From Flavobacteriales bacterium (lineage in GTDB: Bacteria > Bacteroidota > Bacteroidia > CAIKAF01): 64,000 nt of DNA. Made by a program: the position numbers and the translations under genes. The DNA lies in NCBI GenBank assembly GCA_018401695.1, contig JAGYKD010000001.1:348016-412015 (forward strand). Reading direction: 5' to 3'. The notes below the pieces were generated by a model. That model had not been told where the DNA came from. It worked only from the letters and a program-made list of their open reading frames with translations, and did not search any database. This document shows positions 1-11,303 of this stretch, one piece after another. The number at the start of each line of letters is the position of its first letter. Within the stretch, counting starts at the first letter, position 1.

Positions 1-116
1 AAAGACCCACTCCCCTACCTGGCGCGCTTTCTGCAACAACGGGGATTCGAAACCGGCATGCTGTTTAAACATTGGAGCGATTGGCAAAGCGAGCTAAACG
101 CCGAAGAAGAGTTATA
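1..116 (+). CDS. 3' end of an unidentified gene, partial (stop TAA at 114-116)
   Basis: Open frame from the window edge ends ...WSDWQSELNAEEEL*. Too short to assign a family. Confidence 0.3.
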
Positions 117-139
117 AGCCCAAGCAATGGATTGAATTT

Positions 140-312
140 TGGGCCCTCCCATCTATAGCATTGTGCGCTCCGTGTCCTCCCTTAGCTCCGGTCGACCCTT
201 GGCCAAGCCGGAGGGGCATGGCCTGTGGTGGCTTGCTGCGCGCCGCCTCCTCGGCTGTGCCCCTCTAAGGCTTGGCATGCGGGCGGCCCTTCGCCTGGTC
301 GGGGGGCCATTC
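140..312 (+). repeat. GC-rich intergenic repeat, copy R1 (subfamily 1, diverged)
   Basis: Shares the 3' end ggggggccattcttt with R9, plus the gcatgcggg and gcctcctc blocks and a tttgggccc start. GC content is far above the flanking DNA. Confidence 0.55.
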
Positions 313-384
313 TTTTAACCGCTTGTATTCTTTAGCCATAAACTTCTATCTTTTATCTTTGTTCTGTATAAGTAACTTGGAATT

Positions 385-897
385 ATGAAACAACTTATTG
401 CATACGCTTTCATCGCAGGATTATTTTTGGCTTGTGGTCCCGGCCCATCCGTAGATATTGCTTTTGATTCCGGACCGCTCGCCATGGGTGTTGATACTCC
501 AATGACGCCCGGAATTACCACCATTCAAAGCGAGGTGGTATTGGATTTGGACGAACAGTTCGAAAAAGCCCAAGCCAAACGCGACGAAGTACAAGGCGTG
601 GACAAAGGAAGTATGGTACTTACTGCTGCTGAAGGCCGCAATTTTGACCTGTTCGAAAACCTTACCATTTCGTTTTATTCCGATGAGAACAATATGACCA
701 CCGTTGCCACCCTTAATCCGGTAGAAAAAGGGCAAAGCACCTTGGAAATCCCACTTTCGGATTTGGCCGAAATTGGTCCTTATTTCGAAGAAAATAAATT
801 CCTTATTGTCCTCGACGCGCAAATTATGGCGCCCGACACGCTTCCCTTTGAACTAAATGCTCAAATCAGCGGAACCCTTAAACCCTCAAAAAAATGA
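385..897 (+). CDS. hypothetical lipoprotein
   Basis: N-terminal signal peptide with lipobox (LFLAC). Its stop overlaps the next start by 4 nt (ATGA). No recognisable catalytic motif. Confidence 0.5.
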   Translation: MKQLIAYAFIAGLFLACGPGPSVDIAFDSGPLAMGVDTPMTPGITTIQSEVVLDLDEQFEKAQAKRDEVQGVDKGSMVLTAAEGRNFDLFENLTISFYSDENNMTTVATLNPVEKGQSTLEIPLSDLAEIGPYFEENKFLIVLDAQIMAPDTLPFELNAQISGTLKPSKK

Positions 898-1343
898 GCC
901 GACTTGCACTGCTTTGTATACTGTTCATCGGTCTTGCTCATTCTGCTGTGGCGCAAAACGATGCCGATAGAATTTTGGGCATTTGGGTTACCGGAAAAGG
1001 TAATGCAAGGGTAAAAATTGAAAAAATTGGCAACCGCTATTTTGGAAAAACCGTGTGGCTCGAAGAACCCAACGATTCGGAAACCGGAAAACCCAAAACC
1101 GATACCGAAAACCCCGACCCTAGTTTGCGCAATATGCCGCGGTTGGGACTTCGTATAATGAAAGACTTCGAATTCTCCGGAGACAACAAATGGAAAGAAG
1201 GCACCGTATACGATCCCGAAAACGGAAAAACTTACTGCGGAGCCATTACTTGGCGCGATAACAATACCATTGAACTCAGAGGCCATATTTGCGGACTTTC
1301 CTTTTTGGGTCGTAGCGATACCTGGAAACGCTATACCCCCTAA
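894..1343 (+). CDS. DUF2147 family secreted protein
   Basis: Signal peptide followed by the DUF2147 motifs GIWVTGKG...VKI...YFGK and DNPDP.LRNMP.LGL.I, then WKEGTVYDPENGKTY...LRGHICGL.FLGRSDTWKRY. Confidence 0.6.
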   Translation: MSRLALLCILFIGLAHSAVAQNDADRILGIWVTGKGNARVKIEKIGNRYFGKTVWLEEPNDSETGKPKTDTENPDPSLRNMPRLGLRIMKDFEFSGDNKWKEGTVYDPENGKTYCGAITWRDNNTIELRGHICGLSFLGRSDTWKRYTP

Positions 1344-1362
1344 AATTTCCCCCTAAGAATCA

Positions 1363-1398
1363 AACAGGACTGACAAGTTGTCAGTCCTGTTTTCGCTT
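1363..1398 (+). terminator. rho-independent terminator
   Basis: Perfect 14-bp stem AACAGGACTGACAA/TTGTCAGTCCTGTT followed by TTTCGCTTT, 20 nt after the stop of the DUF2147 gene. Confidence 0.6.
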
Positions 1399-1415
1399 TG
1401 TACCTTTGCCGGGCT

Positions 1416-2864
1416 ATGAGTAACCATACACAAGAACTACTAGAGGAAAGCCGGCAAGGAGAAGCGACCTTGCTTAATGCAATTACGGCATCCGGAAATC
1501 GAAAGCTTTACTTGGAAAGCTACGGCTGCCAAATGAACTTTTCTGACTCCGAAATTGTGGCCAGCATACTCAGCGAGGCAGGCTATGATACCACCAAAAA
1601 CCTCTACGAATCCGACGTAGTACTACTAAATACCTGCGCCATTCGCGAAAATGCCGAACAAAGAGTGCGGCAAAGACTCAAGGATTTTCAAGGACTCAAA
1701 AAAAGCAATCCGCGCTTGGTGGTTGGTGTGCTCGGCTGCATGGCCGAACGACTCAAAGAAAAATTCTTAGAAGAAGAAAAGCTTGTGGATCTGGTGGCAG
1801 GCCCCGATGCCTATCGTGCCCTCCCTGACCTAATTGCCGAAGTGGAAACCGGGCAAAAAGCCATGAATGTGTTGCTTTCTCTGGAAGAAACCTACGCCGA
1901 TATAAATCCGGTGCGCATGGGTAGCAATGGAGTGAGTGCGTTCATTTCCATTATGCGGGGCTGCGACAATATGTGCTCCTTTTGTGTGGTGCCCTTTACC
2001 CGAGGGCGCGAACGCAGCCGAGACCCTGAAAGTATTGTAAAAGAGGCTCAAGAACTCTTCGACAACGGCTTTAGAGAAGTAACCCTTTTGGGACAAAACG
2101 TAGATTCCTATTTGTTTTATGGCGGAGGTCCCAAAAAAGACTTTAAGCAGTTGTCGGAAGAAGAAAAAGGACGTGCCGTAAATTTTGCAGGATTGCTTGC
2201 CAAGGTGGCTGCGGTTTCTCCTTTACTACGCGTACGCTTTACCACCTCAAATCCGGGGGACATGACCGATGAGGTCTTGGAAACCATGGCAGCATGGCCC
2301 AACATTTGCAAATACATTCATCTTCCGGTACAAAGCGGAAACTCCGATGTGCTCCACCGCATGAACAGAGGCTACGACAGACCCACCTACATGAACCGTA
2401 TAGCAGCCATTCGACGCATCATGCCCGATTGCGCCATCTCTACCGACATCATTACAGGATTCTGTGGCGAAACCGAAGAAGAACACAAGGACACCCTTAG
2501 CCTAATGCAAGAAGTAGGCTACGACTATGCCTACATGTTTCAATACTCCGAACGCCCACGTACCCTAGCTGCCCGAAAATTCAAAGACGATGTGGCCCAG
2601 GAGGAAAAAAACAGAAGGCTTAAAGAAATCATCCAAATTCAGTCCGAATGGTCGCTTAAAAGAAACCAAGAGGTGTTGGGCCAAACCGTTGAAGTCTTAG
2701 TGGAAGGAGTATCCAAAAAATCCGAGGAAGATTTGTTCGGCAGAACCAGCCAATACAAGGTAGTTGTTTTCCCTAAAGAGCAATTCAAACCAGGCGATTA
2801 TGTGCAGGTTAAAGTGCACGATTGCACCTCGGCAACCTTATTAGGTAAGGCCCTAACCTCCTGA
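1416..2864 (+). CDS. miaB: tRNA-2-methylthio-N6-dimethylallyladenosine synthase (radical SAM methylthiotransferase MiaB)
   Basis: N-terminal MTTase domain ([16 protein letters not shown]), radical SAM CxxxCxxC (CDNMCSFC) and C-terminal TRAM domain. The ORF opens at 1398; the start was placed at the internal MSNHTQ. Confidence 0.9.
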   Translation: MSNHTQELLEESRQGEATLLNAITASGNRKLYLESYGCQMNFSDSEIVASILSEAGYDTTKNLYESDVVLLNTCAIRENAEQRVRQRLKDFQGLKKSNPRLVVGVLGCMAERLKEKFLEEEKLVDLVAGPDAYRALPDLIAEVETGQKAMNVLLSLEETYADINPVRMGSNGVSAFISIMRGCDNMCSFCVVPFTRGRERSRDPESIVKEAQELFDNGFREVTLLGQNVDSYLFYGGGPKKDFKQLSEEEKGRAVNFAGLLAKVAAVSPLLRVRFTTSNPGDMTDEVLETMAAWPNICKYIHLPVQSGNSDVLHRMNRGYDRPTYMNRIAAIRRIMPDCAISTDIITGFCGETEEEHKDTLSLMQEVGYDYAYMFQYSERPRTLAARKFKDDVAQEEKNRRLKEIIQIQSEWSLKRNQEVLGQTVEVLVEGVSKKSEEDLFGRTSQYKVVVFPKEQFKPGDYVQVKVHDCTSATLLGKALTS

Positions 2865-2866
2865 GG

Positions 2867-4099
2867 ATGAATTTTCAGGAAATCAAAAACCGCTTTGGCA
2901 TTATTGGAAGCTCTCCCCTATTGGAGAGGGCTTTAGATATTGCCCAGCAAGTGGCACCCACCAATCTATCGGTGCTTATTACCGGCGAAAGCGGAGTGGG
3001 CAAAGAAGTGTTCTCCAAAATCATTCACCAGCTTAGTACCCGAAAGCATGGCCCATTTATTGCCGTTAACTGTGGGGCAATACCCGAAGGTACCATAGAT
3101 AGTGAATTGTTTGGCCACGAAAAAGGAAGCTTTACCGGTGCAAGCGATAGCCGCAAAGGCTATTTTGAAGTGGTAAACGGAGGTACCATATTTTTGGATG
3201 AGGTAGCCGACCTCCCGCTTCAAACCCAGGTACGCCTGCTTCGTGTTCTGGAAACCGGCGAATTCATTCGCGTAGGCTCTTCCAAAGTGCAAAAAACTGA
3301 AGTTCGCGTTGTGGCTGCCACCAATGTGACCATGCTCAAAGCGATTGAAAAGGGTAAGTTTCGAGAAGATTTATATTACCGCCTCAATACTGTACCCATC
3401 AAGATTCCGGCCCTAAGAGAACGACGCGACGACATACCGCTTTTGTTTCGCAAATTTGCTTCGGACTTTGCCGAGAGCTACCGTATGCCTGTCATACGCC
3501 TGGACCAGGAGGCTGTGGAATTAATAAAGCACTATTCTTGGCCGGGAAACATTCGGCAACTTAAAAATCTGGCCGAACAAATTTCAGTACTGGAACACGA
3601 TCGCCACATTTCTGCCCGCCGCTTAGCCCAATACTTACCTCCCGAAACAGGCAACCGAAACCTCCCTGCCATTTATTATGGACCCGAAAAAGAGGAACAA
3701 CCTTTCTTTGCAAATCAAGAAACGCTTGTAAAGTTTCTGCTAGAAATGCAAAGAGAGTTGAATCAGCTCAAAAAAATGGTGCACGATAGGGTTCAACATC
3801 CGGGAAGCGAGGCTACCGAGCACCGGGCTATGGAGCGCATCCGCCAATTGGCGCCTGTAGAAGATTACTCTGAACAGGAAGCCATTCAAGTGTGGCCTGA
3901 CCAAGAGCATGAGCTAAATTTCCCGAGTGTTCAAGAAAGCGAAACCGAAGAAAGCCTTAGGCTCGAAGATCAAGAAATGGAACTTATAAAACGAGCCTTA
4001 GAAAAACACCGGGGCAAAAGAAAAAGCGCAGCTAAAGAACTGGGCATTTCTGAACGTACCCTGTATCGAAAAATTAAAGAATACGGAATTAAAGAATGA
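2867..4099 (+). CDS. sigma-54-dependent Fis-family transcriptional activator (AAA+ domain plus C-terminal HTH, no receiver domain)
   Basis: Walker A GESGVGKE, the sigma-54 contact motif GSFTGA, Walker B and arginine finger, and a C-terminal Fis-type HTH (ELGISERTLYRKIKEYGI). The protein starts directly in the AAA+ domain. Confidence 0.85.
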   Translation: MNFQEIKNRFGIIGSSPLLERALDIAQQVAPTNLSVLITGESGVGKEVFSKIIHQLSTRKHGPFIAVNCGAIPEGTIDSELFGHEKGSFTGASDSRKGYFEVVNGGTIFLDEVADLPLQTQVRLLRVLETGEFIRVGSSKVQKTEVRVVAATNVTMLKAIEKGKFREDLYYRLNTVPIKIPALRERRDDIPLLFRKFASDFAESYRMPVIRLDQEAVELIKHYSWPGNIRQLKNLAEQISVLEHDRHISARRLAQYLPPETGNRNLPAIYYGPEKEEQPFFANQETLVKFLLEMQRELNQLKKMVHDRVQHPGSEATEHRAMERIRQLAPVEDYSEQEAIQVWPDQEHELNFPSVQESETEESLRLEDQEMELIKRALEKHRGKRKSAAKELGISERTLYRKIKEYGIKE

Positions 4100-4179
4100 T
4101 GCAGGCAGGCAACCCTAAAACCACGCCCACTTTTTTGCAACTTGCCATACTTAGGACAGGCATCCTTCGTTATGCCCAC

Positions 4180-5646
4180 ATGCTTTTGGTCCCTCAACGC
4201 CTACTTGTTCTGCTGCCCCTCTTAGCACTATTTGGACTTAATGCATGCCTCGACGAACCCGGACAGGGCAGCTTAAAGGACCTCCGCTTTAGCCGAGATA
4301 CCGTATTTTTTGATACCGTGTTTACCCAAATCGGCACATCAACTCAAGTTCTTAAGCTCTACAACAGGGGGCAAGGACGCATAAACATTGACGAAATAAG
4401 CCTCCATCCCAATTCTGTATTTCGCTTTAATGCTAACGGAAACTCAGGGCCTATGGCAGAAAACTTGTTTATTGACCCCGGAGATTCCCTCTATGTTTTT
4501 CTGGAAGCTACCTTAGATCCCCACGGAGGAAACGCCGTCTTAATTCACGAAGACTCCTTAATGGTTTTGGCTCAAGGAGATTATAAACGGGCCATTTTAG
4601 CAGCTCCCGGACAAGACGCACGCTATTATTTACCCACAGACACACTCCAAACCGCAGGTGGTAGCCTCCCCTACTCCATTCTGGACTGCCAAACTACTTG
4701 GGATGCCTCCAAACCGGTGGTTATTGTAGGCTATTTGGTTGTGGACTCCCTCTGCAACCTGGAAATTCTGGCCGGAACCAAGGTGCACTTTTTTAACAAC
4801 GGTGCTTTATGGGTTTTTAGAGGAGGCAGCCTTCAAGTACTAGGAGAGTTAGGAAATCCGGTGACTTTTGAAGGCACCCGACTCAACGCTACCTGGCGTG
4901 AAACCCCGGGCCAATGGGACCGAATTCTTATCAACGAAGGAAGCACCAACAACATCATACGCCACGCCATTATCAAAAATGGATTTATAGGCATCCAAGC
5001 CGACCACCTGGGTAAAGTTGCAGGAACCGCTTCCGGCCCGGGTAAAGTCACCTTGGAATCCGTAGAAATACGCAACATGAGCGGCTTAGGATTGTACACC
5101 CGCGGCTTAGACATAGATGCCTACAATACCTTGGTGCATAATAGTGGGCAATATAGCGGAGCCTTTACGCTTGGTGGCACCATTCGCCTTGACCATTGCA
5201 CCTTTGGCAATCATTGGAACAGAAGCAATCGAAGCACTCCTGCTTTTTTCTTTAGCAACTATTTCCTCGGCGGAAATACGGCCTTTATCGCTGACTTAAA
5301 TCTTAGGATGCGCAACAGCATTATCTATGGCAGTCAACAAGGCGAGTTTGAGTACGACAGTCTGGGTGGGGCTGATTTCAATTACCTTTTTGAGCAATGC
5401 CTCATAAAAGCAGAAGAAGAAATAGCCACCGGCCCAAATAGCCGATTTGTAAACATCCTTCGCAACGAGGATCCATTATTTAGAAGTCCAAGCGCGGGAG
5501 ATTACCGCTTAGATGCCGAATCCCCTGCCCTGGATGCAGGCAGTCTCTCAATAGTTCAAGAAAATCCCTTTTTGCTGCGCTTCGATTTAAAAGGATGGAA
5601 CAGAACCTATACTTTGCCTGATTTGGGAGCTATAGAAAAGCAATAG
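4180..5646 (+). CDS. secreted lipoprotein, probable right-handed beta-helix protein with a C-terminal D.G..R...PD.GA.E motif
   Basis: Lipoprotein signal LLALFGLNAC. The C-terminus FDLKGWNRTYTLPDLGAIE matches the DIGADE-type cap seen in the three large T9SS proteins of this window. The ORF actually opens at 4096 (ATGATG overlapping the upstream stop), so the true start is ambiguous. Confidence 0.55.
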   Translation: MLLVPQRLLVLLPLLALFGLNACLDEPGQGSLKDLRFSRDTVFFDTVFTQIGTSTQVLKLYNRGQGRINIDEISLHPNSVFRFNANGNSGPMAENLFIDPGDSLYVFLEATLDPHGGNAVLIHEDSLMVLAQGDYKRAILAAPGQDARYYLPTDTLQTAGGSLPYSILDCQTTWDASKPVVIVGYLVVDSLCNLEILAGTKVHFFNNGALWVFRGGSLQVLGELGNPVTFEGTRLNATWRETPGQWDRILINEGSTNNIIRHAIIKNGFIGIQADHLGKVAGTASGPGKVTLESVEIRNMSGLGLYTRGLDIDAYNTLVHNSGQYSGAFTLGGTIRLDHCTFGNHWNRSNRSTPAFFFSNYFLGGNTAFIADLNLRMRNSIIYGSQQGEFEYDSLGGADFNYLFEQCLIKAEEEIATGPNSRFVNILRNEDPLFRSPSAGDYRLDAESPALDAGSLSIVQENPFLLRFDLKGWNRTYTLPDLGAIEKQ

Positions 5647-5672
5647 AGCAGAGCCGCAGTTTCTCCGCTGGT

Positions 5673-5993
5673 CTATTTAAAGTAAGCGTAAGCAAGCGTG
5701 GCGGCCACTACCATTACCGTTCCCAACAACACCCAACCAAACCATTTTTTTGAGCCCGAAGACTCCAAAGGAGCAGCCGAATGCACTTCCGGATGCAGTT
5801 TTTTGGCAAATTCCGGATCCTCCTTGGCTGCATCCACCAAACGCCGCCATCGGTCGGGCGGTAATCGGTCACGCACCACCGCCACCAAAATTTCTTGTTG
5901 GTCTGCATTCAAATGACGTTTGCGCCTTAGGGCAAAGCGCACCAATTCCTGGTCCGAAAGACTGTATAGCTTTTTCTCAAAACCTGCTGACAT
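5673..5993 (-). CDS. hypothetical small protein with a C-terminal transmembrane helix
   Basis: 106-aa ORF. The charged N-terminal part is followed by a hydrophobic C-terminus WFGWVLLGTVMVVAATLAYAYF. Confidence 0.35.
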   Translation of the reverse strand: MSAGFEKKLYSLSDQELVRFALRRKRHLNADQQEILVAVVRDRLPPDRWRRLVDAAKEDPEFAKKLHPEVHSAAPLESSGSKKWFGWVLLGTVMVVAATLAYAYFK

Positions 5994-6016
5994 AAATCAA
6001 AAATAGGGCTTTCTGT

Positions 6017-7294
6017 TCAACGTTTGGCCAGCCAAACTTGGGGATTTTCTGCGGCTTGCCCATTCATTACCCGAAAATGCACCATAGCTTTGCCCTGTTC
6101 TGCGTCGTAATACGCTGAACCCAAAACAGCTCCGGTATTAACTTTTTGTCCTTTACCCACCTTTACTTCCGAAAGGTTGGCATACACGGTAAGGTAACTG
6201 CCGTGGCGCACAATGACCACTTGCTCATAACCATCCAATCGGAATACGGCGGAGACTTCTCCTCCAAAAACGGCTAAAACAGCTTCGGCCGCTTGGGTAT
6301 GAATATCAATCCCGTCTCTTTGAATACTTACATGTTCAAATACGGGATGCGCGTGCTTACCAAACTTTCCGGCTACTACTCCCCGCTTTACAGGCCAAGG
6401 CAATTTGCCCTTATTGGACACAAAGTCTCTAGATAAAGCCACGGATTCCGGGGTTTCGGGGAGTGCGGCCGGTTTGCCGGCTGCTTTTGCCGCTGCCTCT
6501 CGTTTCTTCCGGGCTTCTTCTTCTCGCTTTCGGGCAGCTTCCAGCTCCTTTCTTATGATTTCTTCAATGCGGGCAGCCAATTTTGCGGCCTCTCGCTCGC
6601 TTTGCTTTAGCTTTTCCATTAAGGTCCGCTCCTTCCCTTTTAAGGAAGCTACTAAACGTGCTTTCTCTTGCTCATCGGCAGCCAGTTGCGCGCTTTGACT
6701 TGCTTGCTGGTCAAGGGCTGCCTTTTTTTGCCAGCGAATGGAGTCCAGTTGCTGCACTTGTAACGCGAGCCCTTCTCTTGTTTGCCTAATATTCTGCACT
6801 TGCCAATTGCGCAGCTCCTCTACCCGCTGAAAATATCGGCTTCTGCGCAGGGCCTCGCCCATATCCCGGGCACCCAATACATACAACCAACGGTTATAAG
6901 ACCTTCGGTGTAGATAGGCCTGACGCACCATTCCTGCATAAGCAGTAAGCATGGTATCCAATCGGCCTTGAAGCCGCTCCAACTCCTTGCGGCCATTGTC
7001 CAGCTCGGTATCCAACAAACCCAATTCCGAAGACAGGGTTTGTATCAATTCCTGCCTTTGCTGCATGTTGGCCCGAATTTGCTGCAACTGCCCAACCGAG
7101 GCCTCTTGTTTTGCTTTGGTTTGCTGCAAAAGTCGATTGGTATAGGCGATATCCTGCTCCAACTTCTTCTTTTTGCGCTCCAAACTCTTGCGCGACTGCC
7201 CCGAGACCGTGCCGCTGCATACCACCAGCAGAACAAGGACAAAAAGCCTTACCCGGAAGATGGAAGCCAAAGAAATGCGCAGTTTTTGGAACAT
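6017..7294 (-). CDS. M23 family metallopeptidase with a long coiled-coil region (EnvC-like murein hydrolase activator)
   Basis: Signal or anchor segment, about 250 aa of Q/E/K/R-rich coiled coil, then a C-terminal M23/LytM domain (GIDIHTQAAEAVLAVFGGEV...VIVRHGSYLTVYANL). Confidence 0.75.
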   Translation of the reverse strand: MFQKLRISLASIFRVRLFVLVLLVVCSGTVSGQSRKSLERKKKKLEQDIAYTNRLLQQTKAKQEASVGQLQQIRANMQQRQELIQTLSSELGLLDTELDNGRKELERLQGRLDTMLTAYAGMVRQAYLHRRSYNRWLYVLGARDMGEALRRSRYFQRVEELRNWQVQNIRQTREGLALQVQQLDSIRWQKKAALDQQASQSAQLAADEQEKARLVASLKGKERTLMEKLKQSEREAAKLAARIEEIIRKELEAARKREEEARKKREAAAKAAGKPAALPETPESVALSRDFVSNKGKLPWPVKRGVVAGKFGKHAHPVFEHVSIQRDGIDIHTQAAEAVLAVFGGEVSAVFRLDGYEQVVIVRHGSYLTVYANLSEVKVGKGQKVNTGAVLGSAYYDAEQGKAMVHFRVMNGQAAENPQVWLAKR

Positions 7295-7365
7295 AGCACA
7301 AAGATACCCCATGCCCTTGGGCAAAAAGCTAAAAACCAAACAGGTAATTAACCTACGACCGTTAA

Positions 7366-7391
7366 TAAAAAAGCCCCGAAAATTCGGGGCT
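7366..7391 (-). terminator. rho-independent terminator of groEL
   Basis: Stem GCCCCGAA/TTCGGGGC with a T-run on the minus strand, 24 nt after the groEL stop. Confidence 0.6.
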
Positions 7392-7414
7392 TTCCAATGG
7401 GTCGAAAAAACGGA

Positions 7415-9348
<1,934 letters not shown>

Positions 9349-9441
9349 AGTTTTAAATTTATTCAATAGTATACTACAGCATTGCGAATTACATGCCAAA
9401 TCTTTGTGCCCCTATCCACCAATTGCTTGTCTAGCCTCCCA

Positions 9442-9466
9442 AAAACAGGACTCAAATTCCTGTTTT
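9442..9466. promoter_or_regulatory. perfect hairpin in the groES upstream region
   Basis: AAAACAGGA-CTCAAAT-TCCTGTTTT, about 95 nt upstream of the groES start. It shares the AACAGGACT arm with the terminator at 1363. Confidence 0.35.
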
Positions 9467-9597
9467 TCAATTATTTAAACGCATAAACCCGTGACTTTTT
9501 GACGCTTTTGTCAAAACTCATTTCTCCCTTCCACAGATAGACTTAGCGACAATTTTACAGGGCATGGGACAAAATTGTCATAGGCAACCGCAGCTCA

Positions 9598-9614
9598 ACT
9601 GACAGCTTGTCAGT
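9598..9614. promoter_or_regulatory. hairpin ACTGACA-GCT-TGTCAGT
   Basis: Imperfect palindrome related to the GACAAGTTGTC centre of the 1363 hairpin. It abuts the end of repeat R2. It does not match CIRCE. Confidence 0.3.
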
Positions 9615-9775
9615 GAAGCATGTATTTGGGCGCCCGGGCGCGCTCTCGCCTTATAGCTGCCCATTGGAATCTTGGCTTTGCTTATGCCGGCGGCCGGGTC
9701 CCTGCGGGCCAGGCCGGCGGCAGCAAAGCACAAGATTCCAAAAGGCAGGCTGCCGGCTCCATCGCTGGCGCAAAA
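9613..9775 (+). repeat. GC-rich intergenic repeat, copy R2 (subfamily 2, diverged)
   Basis: Begins tatttgggcgcc and carries the ctctcgcctt, gggtccc and caggctgccggctcc blocks that align with R7. Confidence 0.5.
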
Positions 9776-9805
9776 AAAACACCGAACTTAGGTAGCTCGG
9801 TGTTT
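9772..9805 (-). terminator. rho-independent terminator of the lipoprotein gene 9829..10452
   Basis: Stem AACACCGA/TCGGTGTT preceded by an 8-A run (a T-run on the minus strand), 25 nt after the stop. Confidence 0.55.
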
Positions 9806-9828
9806 CCAAATATCTTTTAACGCTTCTT

Positions 9829-10452
9829 TTAGGAGTTCTCCTTAAACGAAGCCACCATCTGTTCCAAATCAACTCCGTACCGACCTATTCTCGATTCAAG
9901 CGTCCAACCCATAATGGTATACATGGTCGATGCACCCTCTACATATCCTAACACATAATATATGCTCAAGTCGGGCACATCAGCAATGGTTCCCGTAACG
10001 GTAAAGGAAGCTCGCCTACTGCCATTACTCTCCCTATATTCCAAATCGCTGCGGTCTGCTACTGTGCTCATCATTTCCAGTAAACTTTCGGACTGGAACT
10101 GGGCGTAGTTTTCGAGTGGAGAAAGAGACGCATCGTACAAGCCTAATTCGGAAAACACTTGCATGAACTCATCTTTAGGCTCATCAATTACCACCACGTA
10201 AGTTTCTTTAACTATGTTTTGGTATTGAAGCGATGCCTCAGCGTTTAAGTCTGTAGCCTCAGACATGTATTCGGGTACATCTAAGCTGTAGTCTTTTACA
10301 CTTACTGTTTGGGTAGGAGCGGGTTCGGCGGACTCCGCTTCAAAAGTTTCTGAAAGGACATTGGACTCTTCTCCTTGCTCGGATTTAGAAGCATTGCTAC
10401 CACAAGCAAAGAACAAGGCAGCTAAGGAAACAGATAGAAAAGCAGTTTTCAT
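9829..10452 (-). CDS. hypothetical lipoprotein
   Basis: MKTAFLSVSLAALFFACGSN lipobox. The start was moved to this Met; the ORF upstream of it is open but has no signal peptide. Acidic, no known motif. Confidence 0.5.
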   Translation of the reverse strand: MKTAFLSVSLAALFFACGSNASKSEQGEESNVLSETFEAESAEPAPTQTVSVKDYSLDVPEYMSEATDLNAEASLQYQNIVKETYVVVIDEPKDEFMQVFSELGLYDASLSPLENYAQFQSESLLEMMSTVADRSDLEYRESNGSRRASFTVTGTIADVPDLSIYYVLGYVEGASTMYTIMGWTLESRIGRYGVDLEQMVASFKENS

Positions 10453-10478
10453 GCAATAGTAAAAAATGGGTAATTCAT

Positions 10479-10805
10479 TTAGGGAGCGATTGGCTGCTGG
10501 CCCATGCCTGTTTGAGACATATCCAGGTTTTCTACCGGCAATTCTTTGCCCGTTTGCTGTGCTACCGGAGCTTGGTATTGAAAAAAGAAACCACTGGCAA
10601 TGCACAATACCGCAAGGAGACCCATAAGTTGCCAAGTTCGCTTTTCTACAATTTCGGTTTCCTTGCGCGCCCCAAACATTTGGTTAGAGACCCCAACATT
10701 GGAAGCAATACCTCCGCCTTTGGCGTTTTGAATAAGCACAATGAGGATAAGCAAAATAGCAACCAACATAATGGCAGCCATGAGTAGGATTTGAGAAATG
10801 TCCAT
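10479..10805 (-). CDS. secG: preprotein translocase subunit SecG
   Basis: Two TM helices and the SecG motif LLILIVLIQNAKGGG...FG. The size and its position next to groES are typical. Confidence 0.75.
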   Translation of the reverse strand: MDISQILLMAAIMLVAILLILIVLIQNAKGGGIASNVGVSNQMFGARKETEIVEKRTWQLMGLLAVLCIASGFFFQYQAPVAQQTGKELPVENLDMSQTGMGQQPIAP

Positions 10806-10820
10806 AAGGTATGTGTATAA

Positions 10821-11303
10821 TTAGACGCGCTCGGCTTTTACTTCTTTAATTAGGCGCGCAAAATACGCGCTTTTTTCGGGATATTCCAAACGGAGGTAGC
10901 GATAGGCTTCTAGCGCCAGGTGATATTTTTTTTGTTGCCGGTATACCTTGGCCAACGTTTCCGTTACCAAAGGAGCCTCTGAATTTTGCTTAGAAGCCGC
11001 CGATTCGGTTGAAATTTCCTTTTCGGAACCTTGGGCGGCATGCGTAGGAGCCTTTGGAGCTAAAGCAGCGCGTGAGGGCCTTAAATCCGGCGATTCCTCC
11101 ACAAATTTAGTTAATGTTTCTTGCTGACGAAGCGCACGCAAGAGCTTCTGCAACTTGCCTTGTCGGCAAATCTGCAGCCATTCCAAAAAGCTGCATTGGA
11201 GCTGTGGGTTGGCTCCGGCACCAAAAATCTCCTCAATATCGTAATGCATGGGCCGGCAAAAATAAGCAAGCCAAACGAATCGGCTTGCTTGAGATACATA
11301 CAA
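10821..11303 (-). CDS. hypothetical protein with a TPR-like C-terminus
   Basis: C-terminal LAKVYRQQKKYHLALEAYRYLRLEYPEKSAYFARL is TPR-like. The start is uncertain (11303 or the internal MHYDIEE at 11249). It abuts the upstream ORF. Confidence 0.4.
   Translation of the reverse strand: MYVSQASRFVWLAYFCRPMHYDIEEIFGAGANPQLQCSFLEWLQICRQGKLQKLLRALRQQETLTKFVEESPDLRPSRAALAPKAPTHAAQGSEKEISTESAASKQNSEAPLVTETLAKVYRQQKKYHLALEAYRYLRLEYPEKSAYFARLIKEVKAERV

Noticed and set aside
2867-4099. Sigma-54 -24/-12 promoter elements (TGGCAC-N5-TTGC) near the activator
   Set aside because: Several TGGCAC hexamers occur (for example 2955, 5155, 23576), but none has a correctly spaced TTGC. A proper position-weight-matrix scan is needed, so no site is called.
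4096-4179. The 28-codon N-terminal extension of the beta-helix lipoprotein (ATGATG overlapping the regulator stop)
   Set aside because: It would place the lipoprotein signal peptide 28 residues into the protein. The start at 4180 was preferred, but translational coupling from 4096 cannot be excluded.
9349-9828. CIRCE/HrcA operator upstream of groES
   Set aside because: No sequence resembling TTAGCACTC-N9-GAGTGCTAA was found. The palindromes present have different sequences.
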